Source: Conexivisphaerales archaeon
Lineage (GTDB): Archaea; Thermoproteota; Nitrososphaeria; Conexivisphaerales; DTJL01
DNA: 64,000 bases
Assembly: GCA_038728585.1 (NCBI GenBank)
Contig: JAVYTR010000002.1
Location: 228,354 to 292,353, forward strand
Direction of reading: 5' to 3'
The notes under the pieces are model-generated. The model was given only the letters and a program-made list of their open reading frames with translations. It was not told the origin of the DNA and did no database searches. Every line of letters starts with the position of its first letter. The stretch's first letter is position 1. Both the position numbers and the translations under genes were made by a program. Below, one piece after another: positions 1 through 8,694 of this stretch.

Positions 1-203
1 CAAGGACTGTAGTTATGGGAATGGGGAGAATTCTTGCCGATGCACCTGCTGATGAAATATATTTGGATTCAGAGCTTCTTGAAAAGTCAGGCCTTCGGCA
101 GCCTCAGCTTGCCAGATTAGCCTATGCGCTTGGAAGAGATTCGCCTTTTGCTGATCCTGATGAGGCAGCAAGATGGCTTGACGGATACATCAGCAGGAGA
201 TGA
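1..203 (+). CDS. ABC-type ATPase, C-terminal fragment (probable ECF transporter EcfA; 5' end outside window)
   Basis: The frame of ORF 15..203 stays open to the window edge (..RTVVMGMGRILADAPADEIYLDSELL..). This resembles the end of an ABC nucleotide-binding domain plus C-terminal helices. It lies 21 nt upstream of an EcfT/CbiQ gene. Confidence 0.5.
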   Translation, partial: RTVVMGMGRILADAPADEIYLDSELLEKSGLRQPQLARLAYALGRDSPFADPDEAARWLDGYISRR

Positions 204-224
204 GACTGCAGGAGGGTCTGGTAA

Positions 225-959
225 ATGGCACAGGTTCTTCTTGAGGGTTTGAAATTCAGGTACCAGAGAAGTCTGATTCATGACCTGGACCCAAGGGTTA
301 AGCTTTTACTTACTGCTCTGCTCTTTGTCTTTTCGCTTATAGGGTCGAACTTTTATGAAGAAGTTATTACCTTTTCTCTGATAGCCATTCCTGCATCAAT
401 AGCTAGGGTCCTGAGAAGACTTCTGAGGCTGATGGTATTTGCAGTCCCCTTCTCCATCCTAATCATCCTGCTGAACATATGGGGAGGCGGAACTCTATTG
501 CGTTCACTGGTAATTGCAGTCAGATTCATCGAAATAGTTTCTTCCACATCTCTCTTCTTCGTCACCACGTCTCCTGATGAATTGGAGTATGTGCTCAGAT
601 GGTTCAGGTTTCCCAGAGATTTCGTCTTTGCCTTCGCAACATCGATAAGGTTCGTGCCAGTGATGATGATCGACCTCAACCAGATAATAGATGCTCAGAA
701 ATCGAGGGGTCTTGAGATAGAGAAGGGAGGACCTATCAAGAGGATAAGGAATCTGATCCCTGTTCTTGTTCCGCTGATAGTGACAGCTCTTGTGAGAAGT
801 GGCGAATTAGCTGAGGCGATGGAGGCAAGAGGTTATGGAGCAGTCAAAAAGCCAACTTCTCTGTTTACCTTGAAGCTGCAGAGCAGGGACCTGATGGCTC
901 TCTGCATAATTGTACCAGGCTCCGTAGCTCTTATATTCCTATACCTTTTTATGCTTTGA
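225..959 (+). CDS. ecfT: ECF transporter transmembrane (T) component, CbiQ/EcfT family
   Basis: 244-aa polytopic membrane protein of typical CbiQ length. It has the C-terminal coupling motif 'ELAEAMEARGYG' (Ala-Arg-Gly) and follows an ABC ATPase tail. Confidence 0.8.
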   Translation: MAQVLLEGLKFRYQRSLIHDLDPRVKLLLTALLFVFSLIGSNFYEEVITFSLIAIPASIARVLRRLLRLMVFAVPFSILIILLNIWGGGTLLRSLVIAVRFIEIVSSTSLFFVTTSPDELEYVLRWFRFPRDFVFAFATSIRFVPVMMIDLNQIIDAQKSRGLEIEKGGPIKRIRNLIPVLVPLIVTALVRSGELAEAMEARGYGAVKKPTSLFTLKLQSRDLMALCIIVPGSVALIFLYLFML

Positions 960-963
960 GCTG

Positions 964-1314
964 ATGGTAATAATTGCACTGGGAGAATGGTTCAGGCTGC
1001 CGAGACTTGGCACTGATGGCTTCAAGAGGGTTCTGGCAGCTGGGGTTGAGTATGAAAGCAAATCTGGTTTTAAAGTCAAGGAAAATGCAGACCTGCTCAC
1101 TCTCAAATCTGTACTTGCTTCTGAGCTCGGCGAAGAGGTCAGTTTTTTCTTCAAATGCTTTTCTTGTGGCCAGAAGACGAGCTGCAGCGACTGCGCCTAC
1201 AACGCCTCATGCTCTATAGAGTATTGCAGAAGATGCATCTGCAACAGCTGCATGAAGCTCGGATATGAAAACTACGTCAAGGCCTGGAGAGACTACCTAG
1301 CTGCCACCGGCTAG
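964..1314 (+). CDS. hypothetical small Cys-rich protein (possible multi-zinc-binding module)
   Basis: 116-aa ORF starting 4 nt after ecfT. Its C-terminal third reads 'CFSCGQKTSCSDCAYNASCSIEYCRRCICNSC' (CxxC-x5-CxxC-x5-C-x4-CxxC-x-CxxC). No family recognised. The 3' end overlaps the convergent moaB by 18 nt. Confidence 0.4.
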   Translation: MVIIALGEWFRLPRLGTDGFKRVLAAGVEYESKSGFKVKENADLLTLKSVLASELGEEVSFFFKCFSCGQKTSCSDCAYNASCSIEYCRRCICNSCMKLGYENYVKAWRDYLAATG

Positions 1315-1809
1315 TGATACAAGATGTGGAAGCTCATCAAGAATAATCTTCATTCCCAGTTTTACGGAGTCAGGCGAACCAGGAAGACATGCAACTATTA
1401 TCCCGTTCATGCTGCCAAGCATTGCTCTGCTCATTATGGTAGAACTTCCGATCGACTTGGAGCTTTCAGCCCTGAAGTATTCGCCGAACCCTGGTAAAGT
1501 CTTGTCGAGAAGTGGCTGGATCGCTTCAACGGTAACATCAGTCCTCGAGATTCCGGTACCTCCTGTCGTTATGATGAAATCAAGGCCATACCTGGCAGCG
1601 TCAAGTACCTTCAGCCTGATCGCAAGTATATCGTCCGGCACCAGAGACCTGTAGAATACGGTATGCCCCCTGCTTCTCAGCTGTTTGCATATCAGGTCTC
1701 CTGATTCATCTTTTATCTTCAATCCTTCTCTGGCATTATAGTATCTTGAAGTGCTGATTGTTATTACTGCACCTTTCAGCTTCTGCTTTGCCTCTGATTT
1801 GTGCAGCAT
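1297..1809 (-). CDS. moaB: molybdenum cofactor biosynthesis protein B (MoaB/MogA family)
   Basis: Motifs 'AVITISTSRY', 'IITTGGTGISRTDVTVEA' and 'ACLPGSP' are typical of the MoCF_biosynth domain. The ORF extends to 1860, but the ATG at 1809 avoids overlap with moaC. Confidence 0.8.
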   Translation of the reverse strand: MLHKSEAKQKLKGAVITISTSRYYNAREGLKIKDESGDLICKQLRSRGHTVFYRSLVPDDILAIRLKVLDAARYGLDFIITTGGTGISRTDVTVEAIQPLLDKTLPGFGEYFRAESSKSIGSSTIMSRAMLGSMNGIIVACLPGSPDSVKLGMKIILDELPHLVSLAGGS

Positions 1810-1822
1810 ATGAGGCTTGGGC

Positions 1823-2260
1823 TTAAACTTCTTTCGTCTTTCTGACAACTCTAACATCACTCAACGCTGTATATGGATATTGACCGTTTTCATCCTTTTC
1901 ATATTTCTTCACTACATCCCATACAGTAAGAAGAGCTATTGTAACTGCTGTCAGGGCTTCCATCTCAACACCCGTCTTCGTGTGCGAAAGGACCCTGGCT
2001 GTTATTCTGATACCTGTAGTTTCTGTGTCGGCTTTCAATTCAACTTCTTCTAGAGGTATATTGTGACACAGAGGAAGCAATTCGGAAGTCTTCTTTGCAG
2101 CCATTATACCTGCTATCTTTGATATTTCTATCGCATCACCTTTCTCAAGTTTCTTAGCTCTTACCATCTCTATCGTATTTGGTTTGAGCTTGATGAAGCC
2201 TTCTGCAACCGCCTCCCTTCTTACAACCTCTTTTGATGAAATATCAACCATTCTTGCCAT
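1823..2260 (-). CDS. moaC: cyclic pyranopterin monophosphate synthase MoaC
   Basis: Hallmark MoaC motifs 'AGIMAAKKTSELLPLCHNIPL' and 'TGVEMEALTAVTIALLTVWDVVK'; 145 aa. Confidence 0.9.
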   Translation of the reverse strand: MARMVDISSKEVVRREAVAEGFIKLKPNTIEMVRAKKLEKGDAIEISKIAGIMAAKKTSELLPLCHNIPLEEVELKADTETTGIRITARVLSHTKTGVEMEALTAVTIALLTVWDVVKKYEKDENGQYPYTALSDVRVVRKTKEV

Positions 2261-2299
2261 TGCTTCTGATGTTTGTTATTCCTTCTTTTAAGTGTAGCA

Positions 2300-2599
2300 T
2301 CAGCTGAAGGTTTTTTCTTGGCTCTCTCTAGTCTCTTCGAACAGCCTCTGTATGCTTCTTGCCACACTGCTATGAGAATTGAGAGAGTATATCCTGATCC
2401 TCCCGAACCTCTTCTCTGTAATTATATCATGCAGCAGGAGAAGCTGGAGGTTTCTGTCAGCTGATGTGTGCTGTAGGTTGCAGAGTCTAGCTAGTTTTGT
2501 TATGTTGATTTCCCCAAACCTTGAGAGAACAGAAAGGAGCCTGACTCTGCCTCTTGAACCGAGCACTTCTTCAAGTTCGAAGAGCATCTTCTCTTTCAA
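2300..2599 (-). CDS. winged-helix DNA-binding protein (ArsR-like)
   Basis: 99 aa. 'INITKLARLCNLQHTSADRNLQLLLLHDIITEKRFGRIRIYSLN' shows an HTH-plus-wing pattern. Its start overlaps the cdc6 stop by 4 nt (ATGA), suggesting co-transcription. Confidence 0.6.
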   Translation of the reverse strand: MKEKMLFELEEVLGSRGRVRLLSVLSRFGEINITKLARLCNLQHTSADRNLQLLLLHDIITEKRFGRIRIYSLNSHSSVARSIQRLFEETRESQEKTFS

Positions 2600-3705
2600 A
2601 GCAAAGACTCTGCCCTTTCAAGAACCTCGTTAGGATGGAATACCAGACCTATCAGAGTTGTTCTTCCCCTGTAACCTTTGCCTGATTGAGTTGTCAGAAG
2701 AAAGCCCTTGCCTTTCATCTTTTGTATGCACTCCCAGAGCATTGTATGGGCGTAAGGCTGAAGATTGTTCTCTGAGCAAAGGTTCCTGTATTCTGTCTCC
2801 ACTTCACCAGTTGAAACGAATGCCCTTGAACCCTTTGAAAGAAGCTCTGCCACTGCGATAAGGATGAATTTTTCGTGGTCTGTAAGGTATCTCAGCTCTT
2901 CGGAGCTCAGGTGAGGAGGCAGATTCTTTCTGGCCATACGAACCTCGCTTATTCCTATTCTCTCTGAACTATTCTGCAAGGCTGCTAGTGCGGACCTGTA
3001 AAGCAGTTCTATCGCATATCTTGCATCTCCGTAATCCCCTGCAAGGGAAGCAATCAGTCTTGCTGCTTCATCGTCCAGCGCATTATCCTCTAGCCCTTCC
3101 TCGGCCCTGCTCAGCACTATCCTGTATAGCTGCTCATCGTTGTAGGATGCTAGGCTTATCGATACCTTCTGCAGAGAGCTCTTGACGCTTTCGTCAACAT
3201 TCCAGAGAAAGCTCATATCTTTTGAAACTATCAGCATGGAAGCAGGAGAGTTACCCCATATCTCACCCATCCTGAGAAGGCTGTACAGCAGGTTTTCATC
3301 ACCTTCAGCAAGTAATGATGTTATTTCATCAAGTACAAGGAAGAGCTTGCTTCTGGTTGATACAAGAGAATTGTGTATCCCTTCCAGTATCTCCTGTACT
3401 TCGTATCCTCTGAGCGGGAAGTTCAGCGAAAGTGATTTTGCTATTCTGCCTAGCACGAGCTGAGGGGTTCTATCAAACCTGCAGTTTATGTAAACATTTT
3501 TGAGAGGTATACCGTACATTCTTCCCATATCTTCAAGGTAAGAACCAACCTTCTTCGCCAGCATTGTCTTTCCGCTCCCCACGGGTCCTGAAAGGATGCA
3601 GACAGGTGAAAGTGAAACGTTTTGAAGCATCGGAAGATATGCCTTTTGAAGCTGCTCAAGTTCAGCTTCTCTGCAAGGGTTTAGTAGCGGTACATACTCC
3701 GGCAT
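2596..3705 (-). CDS. cdc6: Orc1/Cdc6 replication initiator (AAA+ plus C-terminal winged helix)
   Basis: Walker A 'GPVGSGKT', Walker B 'FLVLDEI', an archaeal Orc1/Cdc6-type N-terminus ('LLNPCREAELEQL') and a C-terminal wHTH. The ORF extends to a TTG at 3741; the ATG at 3705 is taken as start. Confidence 0.85.
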   Translation of the reverse strand: MPEYVPLLNPCREAELEQLQKAYLPMLQNVSLSPVCILSGPVGSGKTMLAKKVGSYLEDMGRMYGIPLKNVYINCRFDRTPQLVLGRIAKSLSLNFPLRGYEVQEILEGIHNSLVSTRSKLFLVLDEITSLLAEGDENLLYSLLRMGEIWGNSPASMLIVSKDMSFLWNVDESVKSSLQKVSISLASYNDEQLYRIVLSRAEEGLEDNALDDEAARLIASLAGDYGDARYAIELLYRSALAALQNSSERIGISEVRMARKNLPPHLSSEELRYLTDHEKFILIAVAELLSKGSRAFVSTGEVETEYRNLCSENNLQPYAHTMLWECIQKMKGKGFLLTTQSGKGYRGRTTLIGLVFHPNEVLERAESLL

Positions 3706-3903
3706 AAAGCAAATCTCGCTTTTTATCACCCCTCCTGTCAAGGCATTTTGATTGAATCATTTTTGTTTATAATGATTACCCCTGATGAACCAAAGCGGTC
3801 GACAGAGAGTGGTTTGAAACTGTTATTGGTCGGCAAGAAAATGCCATTCGAATTTTGGTTCTTATATAACTTATCAGTGTGTTCAGGATACATTCAGACT
3901 TGA

Positions 3904-5187
3904 TCAATCATCGGGCGAGGAAACGTCAGAAGGGTCGTTATCGTGGACAAAAGTCGGCCTGACCACTAATCTGATATACATAATATTAAGAATAGTAAAT
4001 AGCACACCGAGTATCGACTTGACTATTAGCCTTGCTGTTCCGATCTGTTGGTTCAACATGTTTATAATGGAGATTATATTTGGAAACAAAGGACTGACAA
4101 AGTTAAGCATAAAGAAATTGTTAACTATCAGGAATAAGGTTGCTACCCCAACTATAGCATATAACAGCTTGGCTCTGCCCCTGTTCCAGACGGCTATGTC
4201 AATGATGGCCAGGAGCAAAAAATAAAGCAGGTATTGTTCGTTTATTTGTGTCTTAAAGATAAAAAACGTCAAGGTGATAAGAAGTAATGATTGCACAAGT
4301 CCGTAGTCGCTTTTAAATCCGAATTTCTTCCACGCAAAATAGGTCACAATCAAAATAGCAGGAATCCAAATCAAGCCGATAACATTTGAAATGAATGGAG
4401 TTATAAATTTCAGAACTCCAATAGCATTTGCAACGTAATACACTTCCCAGACTGACATCGATTCCCCTTCTTTAATGATTGTGGAACCTAGGGTTCTGCC
4501 TATCGTTTCGAACGACCAGCCGGTTAGATAGAATATTAGCAGACTCGGAAATATAGGAATAGCCAAAGAAATGAACAATCTTCTTAACTTCTGCGATGAA
4601 ATAGGCAGCATATAGATAACCGGTATAGACTTTGCAAAGGTAGCCATACCGTTCCAAAACGCTCGCTTATATGATGTCGAAATCAATGAAAGAATAACAA
4701 AGAGAACTGATATCGAGTCAAACATTCCCCAAATGCTTGAGATGATGATTGTGTATGGAAGAAACAACCAGAACAAAAGAGCCCACTCTGAAGCTGCGGG
4801 GTTCTTGTCTTTTACGTATCTGTAAATAAAATAAGCAACCAGAATGTCGCATATGATGATTGGTTGCTTTAGTAAAAAATAGTAAAAGAACCTATTGTGA
4901 ACACCAGATAACAGGTACGAATAATAAACGCCTGCTGTAATCAATGGCCAAAACGGTAGGTAACCTATCGTCGCTCCTGCGGAAGCGGAAAATATGTTCG
5001 AGAACGACAAACCCGGCACCTCTGGTAGGAAACCATAGGGGTTTTGAGATTTCAAGGTATAGTAGCCCAGCCTTACCCATAGCTCGAAATCAAAAGGGTG
5101 GCCCGTCCAGAATGAAAATATCTCCCTGATGAGAAGACCAGCAAGAATAGCTTTCAAAACCGCAGACAATCTGATCTTTTGATTCAC
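3904..5187 (-). CDS. polytopic membrane glycosyltransferase, GT-C fold-like (PIG-M/DUF2029/PMT-like)
   Basis: 427 aa with more than 10 predicted TM helices. The first loop 'HPFDFELWVRLGYYTLKSQNPYG' resembles the acidic D-x-(D/E)...PY loop of GT-C mannosyltransferase-type enzymes. Confidence 0.55.
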   Translation of the reverse strand: MNQKIRLSAVLKAILAGLLIREIFSFWTGHPFDFELWVRLGYYTLKSQNPYGFLPEVPGLSFSNIFSASAGATIGYLPFWPLITAGVYYSYLLSGVHNRFFYYFLLKQPIIICDILVAYFIYRYVKDKNPAASEWALLFWLFLPYTIIISSIWGMFDSISVLFVILSLISTSYKRAFWNGMATFAKSIPVIYMLPISSQKLRRLFISLAIPIFPSLLIFYLTGWSFETIGRTLGSTIIKEGESMSVWEVYYVANAIGVLKFITPFISNVIGLIWIPAILIVTYFAWKKFGFKSDYGLVQSLLLITLTFFIFKTQINEQYLLYFLLLAIIDIAVWNRGRAKLLYAIVGVATLFLIVNNFFMLNFVSPLFPNIISIINMLNQQIGTARLIVKSILGVLFTILNIMYIRLVVRPTFVHDNDPSDVSSPDD

Positions 5188-5536
5188 AAACTATCAGAGA
5201 GAAGAGTGTCTCTTAACTTATACGTTTACTGTTTTATGTGCTTAATTGTCTGACACATTTAATTCTGTGAATGTAAAAAAATAAAATTTCTCCTTGGCGC
5301 ATGTTTTTGGTATGTATCGCACCACAATGACATTTCAGTTATGGTCCTGAATAATCTTGCATCAGCCTTGCACAGAATGACCCTAACTGACTACAGGACC
5401 ATCTGGGCTAGAGAAGGGCGGGAATTTGCATTGCACCAAATCAGATCAGAGAAAGTTAACTTATAGGCCTTAAACACGAAAATCTTAGAGTATTCAGATA
5501 GCAAATAATACGCCTTCTCAGCTTAATCGTCTTGTC

Positions 5537-6784
5537 TTAATCGTTTGGATAGCTGGTCCTCTGAAATATGAAAAACGTTTGATCACCTAGCATATTGATC
5601 GGGGTTATTGAGGCAAAGATGTGATCTAGTATCTCCGCAAGTCTTCCAACGGCGCCTAATCTAACAAAATAGTCACTGAGGTAGGCAGGGGGCAAAACAG
5701 CTGGTAGAGCGAAAAACTTCTTGACTCTGAACCAAGGCCTGAAAGAACTGGCGAATTCGTTCGGCTTGTAATAGAAGGCTGGGACATCCATTCCTCCCAC
5801 AGAAACCATCACCGGTTGCTTCTTCCTTGGTGTACACTTCGATATTTGCAAGGTTAAAAGATGACTTAGCATCTCCGAAGCGCATACCGAATTTCTCACA
5901 GAACAGACAAAGAAACCATCTGGCTTGATCAGTTTAGCAAGTGATTCAGAAACTACATCTAGACGAGGCTCACAGTTAAGGCAACCATTTAAAGAATAGG
6001 CTATATCAAAGCTCTGAGCCCCGTATATTCCCTCGAGCTTACTGATTTCTGAAGCTGGCAAGACGTATGGAGATACTTTATTCTGCAGACCATGGACTCT
6101 CACCTTCTTTTCTAGTATCTCTATCATTCGTTTTGAAATATCTATAGCTACCACCTTTCTGCATCTATTGGCTACTTTCAGAGTTTCCTCACCCGTGCCG
6201 CAGCCAACGTCTAGAAGCATCGAGGAAGGAGTAATCAGACTAAACAGAAGAGATAGTGACCTCTTTCTTATCCACGTATTGATCCAGTTGTTGCCTATTG
6301 TAAAATCGTACTCTTCGCTTGCCGAATCGAAAGCGTCAGAAACACTGTCATAATAGCCGTTTGTATTCTCTGTCCATTTTCGATAGGAAGATATTGTATG
6401 AAGCTCACCACCAGAAAACTTCTTTGCACCAGTGAGTTTGAGCTGTATGCAAATTTGGGAGCGCTTATACCAGTTGAGAAAAACCGAATCTCCATATTTC
6501 TTCCTGAAAAGTTCGAATGCTACCTCCTTCGGACCTACCTCAACCAAGGCCTCATAGGCCACATCTCCTATCTTTACCTTTACGCTGCGGTTCTGAAGAC
6601 AATTGAGTACCCAGTCACTGCTCTTGTTACCAGCAAGTAGAAGGATGCAACCATTATGAATTACAAACCTTAGCCTTACTATATGAGGAAGCCCGGACTT
6701 TCGTCCGTATGTTATCAACTTTAAGGTGTCCGACGGTCGATATAAGCCTGATTCTTCAGGCCTTATCAATCTCTTCAACACCAC
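5537..6784 (-). CDS. fusion protein: split-beta-barrel deazaflavin/PNPOx-like domain (DUF385/DDN-like) plus class I SAM-dependent methyltransferase
   Basis: The N-terminus 'LITYGRKSGLPHIVRLRFV...SSDWVLNCLQNRSVKVKIG' matches the F420H2-dependent nitroreductase-like family pattern. The C-terminal half has MTase motif I 'LLDVGCGTGEETL' and 'VVAIDISKRMIE'. GTG start, 29-nt overlap with the upstream gene. Confidence 0.7.
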   Translation of the reverse strand: MVLKRLIRPEESGLYRPSDTLKLITYGRKSGLPHIVRLRFVIHNGCILLLAGNKSSDWVLNCLQNRSVKVKIGDVAYEALVEVGPKEVAFELFRKKYGDSVFLNWYKRSQICIQLKLTGAKKFSGGELHTISSYRKWTENTNGYYDSVSDAFDSASEEYDFTIGNNWINTWIRKRSLSLLFSLITPSSMLLDVGCGTGEETLKVANRCRKVVAIDISKRMIEILEKKVRVHGLQNKVSPYVLPASEISKLEGIYGAQSFDIAYSLNGCLNCEPRLDVVSESLAKLIKPDGFFVCSVRNSVCASEMLSHLLTLQISKCTPRKKQPVMVSVGGMDVPAFYYKPNEFASSFRPWFRVKKFFALPAVLPPAYLSDYFVRLGAVGRLAEILDHIFASITPINMLGDQTFFIFQRTSYPND

Positions 6785-7679
6785 CTTTATAGTAGGAATA
6801 AAATTTTCCTAAATTGTGATAAAAAGTAGATTCATAAACGAGATGGTCTATACCTAGGTTTAGGTTGAACAAAGCGCTCAACCTGCCATGTTTAGCAAGT
6901 TGTCGATTGAGAAGATAAGATTTCAGCCTTATGTAACTCCCGACCATAGTGTACAGTAATGCATTCACAACTCTACTCCCTTTTGCTTTATCGTTGGTTG
7001 ATTCGTTGACACCTTTGCTTAATTCTTTTATCCTCAAACCCAGCTCGTCTGGAAACATCATGCCAATCCATTGTGAGCTCTTTAGTAGCCTCGAGTAAAA
7101 AGACCTGCCAAATATTACCTTGGCAGCGAGGGCATCCTTTGCCAATATCACACCTTTCAATGTTGAAAAGGCCCTAAGCGCAAAGGCTTCATCAGCGACG
7201 TAACTTATCGTTATCTTCGCGAAATCCCTCCTAATATACCTCAGGATCCTGCAAAGCAGAAGCGCCTTTGTGACGAAAATCCACATGCCGTCCTTGCCAG
7301 TTACGCAGAAGAGGTCTATGTCGTCATCTTCGAAAGCAGACAAATACGATGTTGAGCCACTTACAGCTAGAACTTTAATGTTAAAGCTGGTCAAATAATT
7401 CGAGAATGTTTCTGCAATCCTCAGGTTATCGTTTGCCTTCCTCCGCTTTGAGCTTTCGAAAGCTGTTATCTTGGGCGATATAACACCATCAGCAATGAGA
7501 AACCTTTCGCCGAATTCGACTGAAGATTCTAGAACTGAAGTGAGCCCTTCTGTATTTATCGCAAAAGGCAAATATCGGGTTAGTTCATCAACGGTAATGT
7601 GTGAGCCATCTCTGGTAGCTAGTTCACATAAAAGAATAATTCTTTCAATCTCCCTGCGATCTACTAATTCAGCTTTCAT
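6756..7679 (-). CDS. Pol-beta-superfamily nucleotidyltransferase-fold protein, function unknown
   Basis: 'VLAVSGSTSYLSAFEDDDIDLFCV' fits the hG[GS]-x(9-13)-Dh[DE]h nucleotidyltransferase motif. 307 aa with a helical C-terminal half. Confidence 0.5.
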   Translation of the reverse strand: MKAELVDRREIERIILLCELATRDGSHITVDELTRYLPFAINTEGLTSVLESSVEFGERFLIADGVISPKITAFESSKRRKANDNLRIAETFSNYLTSFNIKVLAVSGSTSYLSAFEDDDIDLFCVTGKDGMWIFVTKALLLCRILRYIRRDFAKITISYVADEAFALRAFSTLKGVILAKDALAAKVIFGRSFYSRLLKSSQWIGMMFPDELGLRIKELSKGVNESTNDKAKGSRVVNALLYTMVGSYIRLKSYLLNRQLAKHGRLSALFNLNLGIDHLVYESTFYHNLGKFYSYYKGGVEEIDKA

Positions 7680-8610
7680 ATCTCCTCCACACTGTATGCC
7701 TGTCGCTGTATGTTACATGGTCGATCGTTGCTAATAGTACGGAAAACGCTTCTTCGATAATTGCAGGAAAAATTGATATGATGAGCTTGGGTCTCTTTTT
7801 GATTATATGAGAGAGAATGGCAAGACCTACAGAAGGGCGGGTCATCAAAACGGATTCTACTGTAGATGGCGGCACTCCCAATCTCTTCCATACTTGGAAA
7901 TGACCGTAAGATATTCTTCTTCTCTGCTTCATCAAATCTCCTAGTCTTTTAGGAGTGTTGATAAGTACGAAGGAGGTTGGGCTGTAGCTTACATAATATC
8001 CGTTTATGCTGGCCCAGCAAGCCATATACGCACCGTCGTTCACAGTACCTTCAGGAAGCCTAGGGACACGGCCCAATCTGACTGCCATGAGCTCGTCGCA
8101 GCTGTGTCTGTTCTTCCCTTCGTTGCTTAGAAGTTGCAATGCATAATTATGAGCATACCACATCAAGGCAGAAATACCTGCGGTTATTCCTCCGTCATAA
8201 TTCACTACTGGAATGCCAGAAACAATTGCAAGTCTCTCATCAGAAACCAACTTGTCCAGAAGACCGAAGATTGAACCTCTCGCAGGTAAGGCATCTCCGT
8301 TTATCAGTACTAGGTATTCGGTGGAGCAAGTATGCAGTATTCGGTTTATTGCTTCGTACTTTCCTCTTCTTTTTTCCTCAAAAACAATCTTAAACCGGGT
8401 GTCTAGACTCACCTTGGCTAATGCCTTTCTGTTCTCATCTGAAATCTCGCTTGCAACCACTATTATCTCTTTTGCATACCATCTTTCGTTTTGAGAGTCT
8501 GATTTGACCAGCTCAATGAGTCTCTGCAGGTAGACATCGTTACCTGAAGTGCAAATACCTATGCTAAATGCCTTCCTTTCCTCTTTATACCAGGTTTGCA
8601 GGCTGTGCAT
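7669..8610 (-). CDS. family 2 glycosyltransferase (GT-A fold)
   Basis: 'SIGICTSGN' N-terminal strand, 'YLVLINGDALP' DxD-type motif and 'GTVNDGAYM'. A decayed copy lies at ~13040..13552. Confidence 0.7.
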   Translation of the reverse strand: MHSLQTWYKEERKAFSIGICTSGNDVYLQRLIELVKSDSQNERWYAKEIIVVASEISDENRKALAKVSLDTRFKIVFEEKRRGKYEAINRILHTCSTEYLVLINGDALPARGSIFGLLDKLVSDERLAIVSGIPVVNYDGGITAGISALMWYAHNYALQLLSNEGKNRHSCDELMAVRLGRVPRLPEGTVNDGAYMACWASINGYYVSYSPTSFVLINTPKRLGDLMKQRRRISYGHFQVWKRLGVPPSTVESVLMTRPSVGLAILSHIIKKRPKLIISIFPAIIEEAFSVLLATIDHVTYSDRHTVWRRYES

Positions 8611-8694
8611 CTACCATGCACAAAAATGGTTTCCTTACCTCTAGATATAGTCTTCTCCGGTCTCGAGTAACAATGTTATTAGTATGGTTTGAAT

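Noticed and set aside
974-1219. 81-aa ORF in an alternative plus frame overlapping the Cys-rich ORF 964..1314.
   Set aside because: It is fully nested within the longer ORF and its translation is low-complexity (Ser/Leu/Ala/Arg-rich). The longer ORF has the structured Cys pattern and a tight junction with ecfT.
5341-5402. 9-bp perfect inverted repeat ATGGTCCTG...CAGGACCAT with a ~44-nt loop, in the 349-bp intergenic region 5188..5536.
   Set aside because: It is a single short stem with a large loop. There is no flanking T-tract or recognisable RNA family and no second copy, so it is compatible with chance in 64 kb.
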